NCBI GenBank assembly: GCA_964357075.1
Contig: CAYHJR010000001.1
Location: forward strand, 1 to 35,486
Origin: an uncultured Candidatus Saccharibacteria bacterium
GTDB lineage: Bacteria > Patescibacteriota > Minisyncoccia > Phycocordibacterales > JAKFXT01
Reading direction: 5' to 3'
Length of the DNA: 35,486 nt
The notes below the pieces were generated by a model. That model made no database searches, was not told where the DNA came from, and saw only the letters and a program-made list of their open reading frames with translations. This document shows positions 1 to 8,233 of this stretch, one piece after another (position 1 is the first letter of the stretch; every line of letters begins with the position of its first letter). Made by a program: the position numbers and the translations under genes.

Positions 1-606
1 GATTTTCGCATTGGCGATAGTGGTGTTTCCTCCCGTTTGATTAAATGTATCAATAGACGCGGAACGAGAGCTTAACTCGACATTGTTAAACGAAAGGATG
101 CCCCCCTCATTCCTTAGCATGGGAAAGGATTGAAAACTACCGCTGATAAAAAGAAATTGTCCGCCATAGCGTATGGAGGCGTGTTGAACAGTGCTTATTG
201 AGCCATGGTGAAAAATTATTGCTCTCCAGTTATTGGATGATGAAGGAAAAGAGCTGCTGCCATCGCCATTGGTGTCGCCCCCGGCGATGTCATCTTTATA
301 TGATGTAAAAATTATCGGCGCGTCAGCTGTGCCAGATGCATTTAACATTCCCTCAACATCCAAAGTGGAAAAAGAATTTTTGAATTTAACCACAACCCCC
401 GGTTCTATAATTAACGTCAGTCCAGGAGGAATATTTACGTCAGAATCAATTACATATGGACTATTAGCAAGAGTCCAAGAGGTATTACCAGAGAGCGCGC
501 CAGGGGGCAAAAAAGTTGCGGCAAGCGCTACATTGTGCGTGAAAAATGAAAAAAAGAGCGATACAACAAGTATGAGAAAAATCTGTATATAAACACGACA
601 ACTCAT
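1..606 (-). CDS. secreted/cell-surface protein, N-terminal part only (3' end runs off the window)
   Basis: Missing from the ORF track because there is no stop in the window. ATG at 606..604, open through position 1 (202 codons). MSCRVYIQIFLILVVSLFFSFFTHNVALAAT is a signal/anchor helix. It is followed by TSWTLANSPYVIDSDVNIPPGLTLIIEPGVVVKF...PIIFTSYKDDIAGGDTNGDG, typical of beta-helix-type surface proteins. The plus-strand ORF 233..592 is its antisense shadow. Confidence 0.6.
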   Translation of the reverse strand, partial: MSCRVYIQIFLILVVSLFFSFFTHNVALAATFLPPGALSGNTSWTLANSPYVIDSDVNIPPGLTLIIEPGVVVKFKNSFSTLDVEGMLNASGTADAPIIFTSYKDDIAGGDTNGDGSSSFPSSSNNWRAIIFHHGSISTVQHASIRYGGQFLFISGSFQSFPMLRNEGGILSFNNVELSSRSASIDTFNQTGGNTTIANAKI

Positions 607-641
607 TTTTCCAATTACCTCTTGACTCAACATTATTAGAA

Positions 642-1298
642 TTATACCAGATTTTTCTCTATAATTTTCATTAATTCTTGCGCTTCGGCCTTGTAGTCGT
701 CTGTGGAAGGGATTACTGGTTTTTCAAAAATAATGACAATTTTTCTTCTGCGAAGTAGAAAATCAATCAATCTCATCTCGAAAACACCGGAAATTGATAC
801 CGGTATTATTAAAGCCCCGGTTTTTAATGATAGAAACGTAACACCGCCGTGCGCCGGTAGAATATTGCCATCTTCAGTTTTTTCTCCTTCGGGAAAAATG
901 AAAACCGAACCGGCACCGTTAATAATTTCCACATGGGTTTTGAGTGATTTTTCGTAATCGTGCTTCCCTACTTGAGCTCTATACGCTCCCCAAATTTTAA
1001 AGAACCATTCACGATAAAACAGCCATTTTAATACAGCTTTTCTGTTATAGAATTCTTTTTCGCGAGAAACATAAAAAATCGGCATAAACCTTGAAAACAT
1101 CGGTAGAGCGGCAGGGAGCAATATCGGGTCAAGTTCGCTCGAATGATTGCTGGCGAATATAAGCCCGCCTTTAAGATTTTTTAGATTTTCCAGCCCACGA
1201 ACTTCAAAAGACCCGAATATATACAAAATGATTCGTGTCGGTATCCAAATGGAGGTCTGCAATATAAAAGGAATTATTTTTTTCAGCCGTCGCTTCAT
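642..1298 (-). CDS. plsC: 1-acyl-sn-glycerol-3-phosphate acyltransferase (PlsC family)
   Basis: HX4D acyltransferase motif (NHSSELD) and FPEGEKT block; N-terminal membrane helix. Confidence 0.85.
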   Translation of the reverse strand: MKRRLKKIIPFILQTSIWIPTRIILYIFGSFEVRGLENLKNLKGGLIFASNHSSELDPILLPAALPMFSRFMPIFYVSREKEFYNRKAVLKWLFYREWFFKIWGAYRAQVGKHDYEKSLKTHVEIINGAGSVFIFPEGEKTEDGNILPAHGGVTFLSLKTGALIIPVSISGVFEMRLIDFLLRRRKIVIIFEKPVIPSTDDYKAEAQELMKIIEKNLV

Positions 1299-1310
1299 AG
1301 GTTTTTTTGT

Positions 1311-1784
1311 TTATCCTCTATTCAGTATAAAAAGAAGCGAGAGAAGACCGCCAAGCGTCCACCAGAAAAAAATGTCGGGAACAGCTAAAATTTTGGCGAC
1401 GAATGGAAGATAAGAAGTTACGACGGTTTCGTCAATAATGGTCGCGACGGCAATAATTATAAGCCCGGAAACAACGACGGTTATGAGTAGACCTTCAGCC
1501 AATTTTGGTATTGGGTTCCAAGGGAAAACAACGGAAACGGCTTGGCGCACAACCCAAAATACCAAAAGAGTAAAAATTACAAAAAGGATTGATTCCATTG
1601 CGGCGTTTCCCCACCAGTCCTTTGTAAAATTCAAAAGATAATCGGTATAAGGGAAAAGATTATACAGAAAGACAGCAATTGGTATAGAAAAAATAACCGA
1701 AAGGCCGGCGCTTTTGCCAAAATATAAAAGCGCCGAAAGTGCCACAGCAAGAAGAACTATGATTCCAATAATATCAAAAGGCAT
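1311..1784 (-). CDS. integral membrane protein, function unknown (at best CvpA-like)
   Basis: 157 aa made almost entirely of hydrophobic helices. Tightly spaced with plsC on the same strand. Confidence 0.55.
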   Translation of the reverse strand: MPFDIIGIIVLLAVALSALLYFGKSAGLSVIFSIPIAVFLYNLFPYTDYLLNFTKDWWGNAAMESILFVIFTLLVFWVVRQAVSVVFPWNPIPKLAEGLLITVVVSGLIIIAVATIIDETVVTSYLPFVAKILAVPDIFFWWTLGGLLSLLFILNRG

Positions 1785-1790
1785 AAGAAC

Positions 1791-1821
1791 AGCTTATAGC
1801 TGCTAGCTTCTAGCTTACAGG
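1791..1821. repeat. degenerate heptanucleotide array (AGCTNNN) x4
   Basis: agcttat agctgct agcttct agcttac agg, read directly. Lies just upstream of the membrane-protein ATG (1784). Confidence 0.85.
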
Positions 1822-1869
1822 AAAATCTCAAAAATCAGAAACCACTTATTCACCCTTCTGTTGTATCTG

Positions 1870-1897
1870 GCAGCTGAAAGCTGGTAGCTGGAAACTA
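1870..1897. repeat. degenerate heptanucleotide array (NNAGCTG) x4
   Basis: gcagctg aaagctg gtagctg gaaacta, read directly. Lies just downstream of the dnaJ stop (1903). Confidence 0.85.
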
Positions 1898-1902
1898 GTT
1901 TT

Positions 1903-2979
1903 CTACATTCCCTCTTTGCGTAATTCTTCCAAAAGCTTTTTTGTTTCTTTGGACAGTTTTTGCGGCATTAGGATTGTGATTTTGATGAGTAGGTCGCCAC
2001 GTCTGTTTCTTTCATACGGCACTCCGCGGTCTTTAACGCGCAGAACTTCACCGTGAGAAATACCGGCCGGGATTTTTATGGCAACGTCTCCTTCAAGAGT
2101 TTTAACGGCGTAATCTGCACCCAAAAGAGCGTCGGTCAGTTTTACGCTGATTGTTGTTGTTAAATTATTTCTGTCGCGCGAAAGTGTATGGTGTTTTTTG
2201 ACATATATTTTTACATAAAGGTCCCCCGAAACGCCGTTTTGCACGGCCTCACCTTTTTGCGAAAGCCGTATTACTTCACCGCTTTCAATCCCCGCCGGAA
2301 CGCCAATTGTAATTTCTTCTTGTTTTTTCAGTATTCCTTGTCCATGACAAGTGCCACATTTTTCTTTTGGTATTTTTCCGCTTCCTTTACAGACAGCGCA
2401 TTCGCGAGTAACGCTAATAGAGCCGAAAAATGAACGTTTATTTTCGCGGATTTTACCATTGCCATTGCAGGTCGCACATTTGTCCAGTGTAGTGCCTGGT
2501 TTTCCGCCTGTTCCTTTGCAAACTTCACAAACGCCTATTTTAGACAGAAGGACTTTTCTCTCAACGCCGAAGACACTTTCCTCAAAAGTTAGCTCCAAAT
2601 CAATTGATATATCACGGCCACGATTCACCCTCTCACGCGTGCCGCCAAAGAAATCACCGAATATGTCTCCCAAATCATCGACATTAACGTTGCCAAATCC
2701 TTGGCCGGAGAAATTACTGAAATCAAAACCATTGAAACCGGAGAATCCTTGAGCGCCACCACCGCCTCCTCCGAATGTCTGTCCGTAGGCGTCGTACTCG
2801 GCTCTCTTTCTATCGTCAGAAAGAATGGCATAGGCCTCGTTTAATTCTTTAAATTTATCACTGCTACCACCTTTTTTATCAGGATGATACTTATGGGCCA
2901 TTTTATGAAAGGCTTTTTTTACATCGTCTTTGGTAGCGTTTTTTTCTAAGCCCAGAATGTTGTAATAGTTTTTCGCCAT
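1903..2979 (-). CDS. dnaJ: molecular chaperone DnaJ
   Basis: J domain with HPD (YHPDKK), a G/F-rich linker, and four CxxCxGxG zinc motifs ([32 protein letters not shown]). Confidence 0.97.
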   Translation of the reverse strand: MAKNYYNILGLEKNATKDDVKKAFHKMAHKYHPDKKGGSSDKFKELNEAYAILSDDRKRAEYDAYGQTFGGGGGGAQGFSGFNGFDFSNFSGQGFGNVNVDDLGDIFGDFFGGTRERVNRGRDISIDLELTFEESVFGVERKVLLSKIGVCEVCKGTGGKPGTTLDKCATCNGNGKIRENKRSFFGSISVTRECAVCKGSGKIPKEKCGTCHGQGILKKQEEITIGVPAGIESGEVIRLSQKGEAVQNGVSGDLYVKIYVKKHHTLSRDRNNLTTTISVKLTDALLGADYAVKTLEGDVAIKIPAGISHGEVLRVKDRGVPYERNRRGDLLIKITILMPQKLSKETKKLLEELRKEGM

Positions 2980-2992
2980 ATTCTTTACTACA

Positions 2993-3022
2993 AATCTAAT
3001 TTAGATTGATACATCTTGTCAA
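2993..3022 (-). promoter_or_regulatory. candidate sigma70-type promoter for dnaJ
   Basis: Minus strand reads TTGACA (3022..3017), an 18-nt spacer, then TAGATT (2998..2993), 13 nt before the dnaJ ATG. It overlaps the palindrome AATCTAA-T-TTAGATT (2992-3006) and sits downstream of a terminator. Confidence 0.3.
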
Positions 3023-3075
3023 ATTTTAAATCATGATTTAGAAATCATTAAAACAAAACTATTGAATAATAAGCT

Positions 3076-3332
3076 AACAAAAAAACCGCCTCAAGCTGAG
3101 AGACGGCGAATAAATGGATAAGGTGACAGCCCCATTCCGCATCCAGATCGGTTCACCCAATTCTAGTAATGGGTTAATCTCGTACACCGGGGAGCGACCC
3201 CAGCATCGTATAATTCCGACGTCCTGGCCCAAGATGGGGGTGTCCTCCTTTGTCTTTGTTACTCTTCCAACTGTGGTTGTCTAGATGCCCCCCCAGAGAC
3301 TAAGGTAAAGGAAGACACAACCACATACTACT
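3076..3332 (-). ncRNA. unclassified structured RNA candidate in the dnaK-dnaJ spacer (about 255 nt)
   Basis: A GC-rich island in an AT-rich genome. It has its own promoter-like signal upstream and an intrinsic terminator downstream. Several strong helices are visible, e.g. GUGUCUUCCUUU/AAAGGAGGACAC, UGGUUGU/ACAACCA and CUGGGG-ucgcu-CCCCGG. No convincing ORF. Confidence 0.4.
3079..3106 (-). terminator. rho-independent terminator
   Basis: Minus strand: CCGUCUC-UCAGCUU-GAGGCGG (7-bp stem including one G-U pair) followed by UUUUUUU. Confidence 0.6.
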
Positions 3333-3338
3333 GAATAT

Positions 3339-3367
3339 AATATAACAAAAGCGATTTTCCATTGCAA
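3339..3367 (-). promoter_or_regulatory. candidate sigma70-type promoter for the RNA candidate
   Basis: Minus strand reads TTGCAA (3367..3362), a 17-nt spacer, then TATATT (3344..3339), directly after the dnaK stop. Confidence 0.4.
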
Positions 3368-3381
3368 CAGCTCAGGAATTA

Positions 3382-5319
3382 TTATTTCGTTTCGGCGTCG
3401 CGGATTGGCGGCTCTTCCCCGTTTTCTTTTTTATCTTCCATTTTTTCTTCCGTTGCTTGTTGTTTGTCGTTGGTGGCTGGTTGTTCGTTGTTCGTTGTTT
3501 GTTGTTGGTTCTGCTTATACATCATTTCACCAATTTTTGAGACCTCTCCAGAAAGGGCTTCCAATGCTTCTTTTAAGCCCGTCCCAGTTTCTTTGGCTTT
3601 TTTAAGTTCAGTGATTTTTGTTTCAATTCCAGTTTTAATATCGGCTGAAACCTTGTCCCCGGCATCTCGAACAGCTTTTTCGGCGGTGTGAATTAATTGG
3701 TCGGCTTGATTTCTCATTTCGGCTTCTTCTTTTTTCTTTCTGTCGTCCACTTCGTGTTCTTGCGCTTCTTTTTTCATTCGTTCAATTTCCGCATCGGTTA
3801 GACCCGAGCGCGCTTCTATGCGAATTGATTGTTCTTTGCCGGAGGCCTTATCTTTGGCTTTAACTTGCAATATGCCGTTCACGTCAACATCAAAGGTAAC
3901 TTCAATCTGCGGTAGCCCTCTCGGAGATGGTGGTATGCCGTCTAAAATAAATCTTCCTAAGCTTTTATTGTCAACTGCCATAGGACGTTCCCCTTGAGTG
4001 ATGTGAATTTCAACCGAGGTTTGATTGTCGGCCGCCGTAGAAAACACTTGCGACTTACTGGCCGGAATATGGGTGTTTTTTTCTATCAAATGAGTAGTAA
4101 CATTTCCCAATGTTTCTATGCCAAGCGAAAGCGGAATAACGTCAAGTAAGAGCACGTCTTTAACATCTCCCTGCAGTATTCCCGCCTGAATAGCGGCGCC
4201 AATCGCCACCACTTCATCCGGATTGATTGATTTGTTTGGTTCCTTATTAAATAAGTTTTTAACCGCCGCCTGTATGGCCGGCATTCTAGTTTGTCCGCCG
4301 ACCAGAATTACTTCATCTATTTCGGTAAATTGTATTTTTGATTCGGTAATGGCTCTTTTACTAATTTCTACGGAACGGTCAATAAATGGTTTGGCCAATT
4401 CCTCCAATTTTGAACGGCTTAATTTGAGTAACAGATGTTGCGGGCCTGAAGCGCCGGAGGTGATAAAAGGAATATTTATTTCTGTTTCAATCGTAGTCGA
4501 AAGTTCATGCTTGGCTTTTTCGGCCGCTTCATCCAATCTCTGCACCGCCAAGGGGTCGTTCATTATGTCTATACCGCTCTCTTTTTTAAATTCACCGGCA
4601 ATGTATTGCATCACAGTTCTGTCTATATCGCGTCCGCCCAAGTGAGAGTCGCCGTCAGTCGATTTTACTTCCAGTGTGTCATTGCCTTCGGCGTCATGTA
4701 TGACTTCCAAAATGGAAATATCAAAAGTTCCGCCACCAAAGTCAAAAACAGCTATTTTTTCATTTTTCTTTTTATTAAAACCATAGGCCAAGGCAGCCGC
4801 CGTCGGCTCGTTTATTATTCGCTTAACAGTCAAACCGGCAATCGCCCCGGCGTCTTTGGTGGCTTGCCGTTGCGCGTCGTTAAAGTAGGCCGGAACCGTA
4901 ATTATGGCTTCGGTTATTTTTTCTCCAAGCTTGGCCTCGGCATCATTTTTTAATTTTTGCAAAATGAAAGCCGAGATTTGTTCCGGTGTGTAATATTCGT
5001 CTCCGAGTTTTACTTTGACTCCTCCGTTATCACTTTTTTCTATTTTGTAAGAAGTATTTTTGGCGTCCTTTTGAACCGCTTCTTCACTAAAGGAGTGGCC
5101 GATAAAACGTTTGATGCCATAAACGGTATTTTGCGGGTTTGTAACCGCTTGGCGCTTGGCCAATTGTCCCACCAATCTTTCTCCGGTTTTGGAAATTGCC
5201 ACAATTGAGGGCGTGGTGCGCACTCCTTCGGCATTTTCAATAATGCGCGGCTCCCCGCCTTCAATTATGGCGAGGGCGGAATTCGTAGTTCCCAAATCTA
5301 TGCCTAATATTTTTGACAT
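3382..5319 (-). CDS. dnaK: molecular chaperone DnaK (Hsp70)
   Basis: [17 protein letters not shown] and [11 protein letters not shown] motifs; full-length Hsp70 with a low-complexity Q/T/N tail. Confidence 0.98.
   Translation of the reverse strand: MSKILGIDLGTTNSALAIIEGGEPRIIENAEGVRTTPSIVAISKTGERLVGQLAKRQAVTNPQNTVYGIKRFIGHSFSEEAVQKDAKNTSYKIEKSDNGGVKVKLGDEYYTPEQISAFILQKLKNDAEAKLGEKITEAIITVPAYFNDAQRQATKDAGAIAGLTVKRIINEPTAAALAYGFNKKKNEKIAVFDFGGGTFDISILEVIHDAEGNDTLEVKSTDGDSHLGGRDIDRTVMQYIAGEFKKESGIDIMNDPLAVQRLDEAAEKAKHELSTTIETEINIPFITSGASGPQHLLLKLSRSKLEELAKPFIDRSVEISKRAITESKIQFTEIDEVILVGGQTRMPAIQAAVKNLFNKEPNKSINPDEVVAIGAAIQAGILQGDVKDVLLLDVIPLSLGIETLGNVTTHLIEKNTHIPASKSQVFSTAADNQTSVEIHITQGERPMAVDNKSLGRFILDGIPPSPRGLPQIEVTFDVDVNGILQVKAKDKASGKEQSIRIEARSGLTDAEIERMKKEAQEHEVDDRKKKEEAEMRNQADQLIHTAEKAVRDAGDKVSADIKTGIETKITELKKAKETGTGLKEALEALSGEVSKIGEMMYKQNQQQTTNNEQPATNDKQQATEEKMEDKKENGEEPPIRDAETK
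3452..3514. repeat. heptanucleotide array (GTTGNTN) x9 inside the dnaK 3' end
   Basis: gttgctt gttgttt gtcgttg gtggctg gttgttc gttgttc gttgttt gttgttg gttctgc. That is 63 nt, or 21 codons, encoding roughly [21 protein letters not shown]. Confidence 0.8.
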
Positions 5320-5332
5320 TTTTTTATTTAAA

Positions 5333-5908
5333 TTAATTTTTATTGAAATGTCCGACTCTGACCTTGGCCGGATTAATTACTCTCTCTCCGATTTTCCAGC
5401 CACTATCAAGGAGCGCTGTTATGGTATCGTCCTTTGAATTATCGCTGACCAAGTCCTGTCCCAAGGCCTCGTGTTCGGCGGGATTAAATTTTTGGCCGAT
5501 TTCCGCTTTTATTTCACTCAAGCCCAAGCTATTAAACGCCGATTGAATTTGTTTTGCAATCCCTTGGAAATTTTCGGGAATTTGACCCAAATTTTTGGCG
5601 CGATTTAGGGATTGAAGCGCGGGTAAAATTGCTTCAAGAGCGATTGACACTCCTAGATTTTTTGCCCCCTCCCTCTCCTCTTTAAAGCGATTTAGGGCGT
5701 TCGCGTAATCGGCCCTGGCTCTCTGCCAGCCCAAGAGATTTTCTTGGCGTTCCGCCTCGCAAACTTTGAGTTTTTCTTTTAATTTGCGAAGCGGGTCTGG
5801 CCCATTTTCCCCGTCTTCTTCTATGGTAATTTCCGAATCGGCGTTTGTATTATTGTCGCCGTTCGCATTTTCGTCAAGAGTTTCCTTTTTTTCCTCGTCT
5901 TTTTTCAT
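5333..5908 (-). CDS. grpE: nucleotide exchange factor GrpE
   Basis: Sits immediately upstream of dnaK. Coiled-coil N-terminus, and a C-terminal FNPAEHEAL...[16 protein letters not shown] block typical of GrpE. Confidence 0.9.
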   Translation of the reverse strand: MKKDEEKKETLDENANGDNNTNADSEITIEEDGENGPDPLRKLKEKLKVCEAERQENLLGWQRARADYANALNRFKEEREGAKNLGVSIALEAILPALQSLNRAKNLGQIPENFQGIAKQIQSAFNSLGLSEIKAEIGQKFNPAEHEALGQDLVSDNSKDDTITALLDSGWKIGERVINPAKVRVGHFNKN

Positions 5909-6048
5909 ATAAAAGTGGCTTTTTCTTTGTTTTAATTCCTTAATTTCGGAGATAGGTTTGAAAGAACTTGCACAGCGCGACTGGCGCGAGCAGAGAAAAT
6001 TTTCAGCAGAAAATTATTCGTGTCTTTCAAACCCATCTTAAAAACATT

Positions 6049-6456
6049 TTAACGTTTAGACCACTGCGGGGCCTTGCGGGCCTTCTTGAGGCCGAATTTC
6101 TTGCGTTCTTTGGCGCGCGGATCGCGTTTTAGGAAACCGGCATGTTTTAAAACGGGACGGAGATTGCCGTCTATTTCAATTAAAGCCCTGGCTATGCCGT
6201 GTCTTATGGCTTCCGCTTGAGCATTTATGCCACCGCCCGAAACTTTGGCCGACACCGCAAAAGAGGTTTCAACTGGACCACTTTTAAGGGCTTCTGTCAC
6301 AATATGTTGATGTTCGCGAATGGCAAAATATTGCTTCAAATCTTTCCCGTTCACGGATAAGGAATTTTTGCTGGCTTTGGTTAGCCGGACGCGAGCGATG
6401 GCGTTTTTACGGCGGCCAATGCCCTCGGTATATTTATCGGTTTTGGTTGTTTGCAT
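6049..6456 (-). CDS. rpsI: 30S ribosomal protein S9
   Basis: GGGINAQAEAIRHGIARAL and a C-terminal ...RKAPQWSKR. Confidence 0.95.
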   Translation of the reverse strand: MQTTKTDKYTEGIGRRKNAIARVRLTKASKNSLSVNGKDLKQYFAIREHQHIVTEALKSGPVETSFAVSAKVSGGGINAQAEAIRHGIARALIEIDGNLRPVLKHAGFLKRDPRAKERKKFGLKKARKAPQWSKR

Positions 6457-6461
6457 AATAT

Positions 6462-6812
6462 TTATTCGGAAATTTCCAAGTTTTTAAGCATAAGAGAGCG
6501 ATGTTTTATTTTCGGAAGCATGCGGGAGACGGCGTGACGGATTAATTCTTCCGTTCCTTTTTTACCGCGCACGTTTTTGGCCGTACTTTTTGTCATTCCG
6601 CCGGGGTATCCGGAGTAGCGGGTATGAGTCATTTGTAAAAGTTTTTTATCGGTAATGGAAATTTTACCGGCGTTTATGATATTTACTTTAGCGCTCGGTA
6701 CGACATTTTTTCTGAAGGTCGGTTTATCTTTTCCACTAAGTAAAGTGGCGACTTTGCTTGCCAGGCGTCCCAATTTTTGTTCCGTTGCATCTATTGTGTG
6801 AGAGTTATTCAT
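6462..6812 (-). CDS. rplM: 50S ribosomal protein L13 (short form)
   Basis: IDATEQKLGRLASKVATLLSGKDKP...YSGYPGG...AVSRMLP; sits upstream of rpsI as usual. Confidence 0.9.
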   Translation of the reverse strand: MNNSHTIDATEQKLGRLASKVATLLSGKDKPTFRKNVVPSAKVNIINAGKISITDKKLLQMTHTRYSGYPGGMTKSTAKNVRGKKGTEELIRHAVSRMLPKIKHRSLMLKNLEISE

Positions 6813-6846
6813 GATTGATTTTTAAGGAATTGCATTCGTTATTTTT

Positions 6847-7194
6847 CTAAACAAATTCAATCAAAGCACGCTCACTGCTGTCGCTCTTTCTGATCGGTAA
6901 TTTAACGATTCTAGTGTATCCTCCGGAACGTTTCTCAAATTTTTTAGCGGTTTCAAACAGTTTATCCAGAAAAGAATTGCTTCCCAAGCGAGCGGAAAGC
7001 AAACGTCTGGTGGAAAGATTATCGATTTTAGCTTTAGTGATAAGTTTTTCCACGATTGGGCGAATTTCTTTGGCTTTGGCGACAGAGGTCACCATTTTTT
7101 GTTTCAAAATAAGCGTGCGAGTTAAGGAACGCACCAGCGCTTTTTTCTGATTGTCTTTTCTATTGAAAGCCCGACCTTTTTTGTGATGACGCAT
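6847..7194 (-). CDS. rplQ: 50S ribosomal protein L17
   Basis: MRHHKKGRAFNR...GGYTRIVKL; follows rpoA. Confidence 0.93.
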   Translation of the reverse strand: MRHHKKGRAFNRKDNQKKALVRSLTRTLILKQKMVTSVAKAKEIRPIVEKLITKAKIDNLSTRRLLSARLGSNSFLDKLFETAKKFEKRSGGYTRIVKLPIRKSDSSERALIEFV

Positions 7195-7211
7195 ATGTGA
7201 TTTTTCTAATT

Positions 7212-8171
7212 TTATTTTAGATTGACTCCGTATCCAGCCAACATTTTTTTGATTTCTTGAATTCCTTTGTTTCCAAGTCCGTCGATGTCAAGAATATCCT
7301 CTTCTCTTTTTCGAGCTAGCCCTCCTAGAGTGCGAATATTCGCGGTCGTCAAAGCATTAATGGTCCTTTGTGATAAATCCAAAGTTTCAATTCTCGTCTT
7401 TAACAATTCCGGGTCCACCATTGATTTACTTTCACGAGGGGAAGCCACTTCTTCTTTAACCGGCAAGGCATAGTCCTCTTCCTTAAAGCCGACAATTGAT
7501 CTTAATTGATTTATCATTATTTCAATCGATTTCTCAAGCGCTTCGCGCGGGGTAATAATGCCGTCCGTTTCAATAAAAATTTTAAGACGATTAAAGTCGG
7601 TCCTGTTTCCAACGCGCATATTTTCCACTTCGTAGTTCACGCGTCTTATCGGAGTAAAGCTGGCGTCAAGGGCGATTGAACCGATGTCCACTTTCTCTTT
7701 TTGCAGATTTTCTTTTGAAACATAGCCAATACCTCTTTCAACTCTGATTTCCGCCTCAAAAGAAGCGTTTTTTTCGGTTAAGGTCACAATGTGCTGGTCT
7801 TTGTTGACTATTTCAACTTGTCCCGGTGCTTGTATGTCTTTGGCGCTAACGTCTTTTACTCCCTTAGCCGAGAGAGTCAAAATTTGCGGCTCATCGGAAA
7901 GCACTTTGATACGAATACGCTTCAGATTTAAAAGAATGGTCACCATGTCTTCCTTGGCGCCCTGTAGAGTTGAAAATTCATGATTAACCCCTTCGATTTT
8001 GACATGCGTAATTGAGGCCCCCGGTAGCGAGGAGAGAATAATTCGTCTGAGCGAATTACCCAGAGTGTGCCCGTAGCCCGGATAAAGACCGTCTATTTCA
8101 TAAGTTCCGCTGGTTGCCGTTTCCTCAACCACTTTTGGTTTTGAGGGCAAAATGACGTTAATTTCAGACAT
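7212..8171 (-). CDS. rpoA: DNA-directed RNA polymerase subunit alpha
   Basis: N-terminal dimerisation domain (GHTLGNSLRRILLSS-like) and a C-terminal domain (LDLSQRTINAL...). Canonical position after rpsD. Confidence 0.95.
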   Translation of the reverse strand: MSEINVILPSKPKVVEETATSGTYEIDGLYPGYGHTLGNSLRRIILSSLPGASITHVKIEGVNHEFSTLQGAKEDMVTILLNLKRIRIKVLSDEPQILTLSAKGVKDVSAKDIQAPGQVEIVNKDQHIVTLTEKNASFEAEIRVERGIGYVSKENLQKEKVDIGSIALDASFTPIRRVNYEVENMRVGNRTDFNRLKIFIETDGIITPREALEKSIEIMINQLRSIVGFKEEDYALPVKEEVASPRESKSMVDPELLKTRIETLDLSQRTINALTTANIRTLGGLARKREEDILDIDGLGNKGIQEIKKMLAGYGVNLK

Positions 8172-8233
8172 GGCGTGTTTTAGTTAATTAAAAACGAATA
8201 ATGATTCTAATACAAAAATCACCGATTGACAAC

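Noticed and set aside
233-592. Plus-strand ORF of 119 aa at the left edge.
   Set aside because: It is the antisense shadow of a better minus-strand ORF (1..606) that has a signal peptide and surface-protein-like sequence.
3114-3284. A 56-aa plus-strand ORF (MDKVTAPFRIQIGSPNSS...) inside the GC-rich dnaK-dnaJ spacer.
   Set aside because: It has no promoter or start context. Its composition is unlike the K/I/E-rich proteome of this window. The region is bounded by minus-strand promoter and terminator signals and is helix-rich, so an RNA is more likely.
3076-3332. Identifying the spacer RNA as tmRNA, RNase P RNA, SRP RNA or 6S RNA.
   Set aside because: The hallmark sequences I can check by eye are absent: the tmRNA GGGG start and T-arm/ACCA end, the RNase P GGAAAGUCC and ACAGAA blocks, the SRP GGAA-tetraloop domain IV, and 6S end-to-end pairing. 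A covariance-model scan is needed before naming it.
5909-6048. A CIRCE/HrcA operator upstream of grpE-dnaK.
   Set aside because: No match to TTAGCACTC-N9-GAGTGCTAA on either strand. Only an unrelated 11-bp inverted repeat is present.
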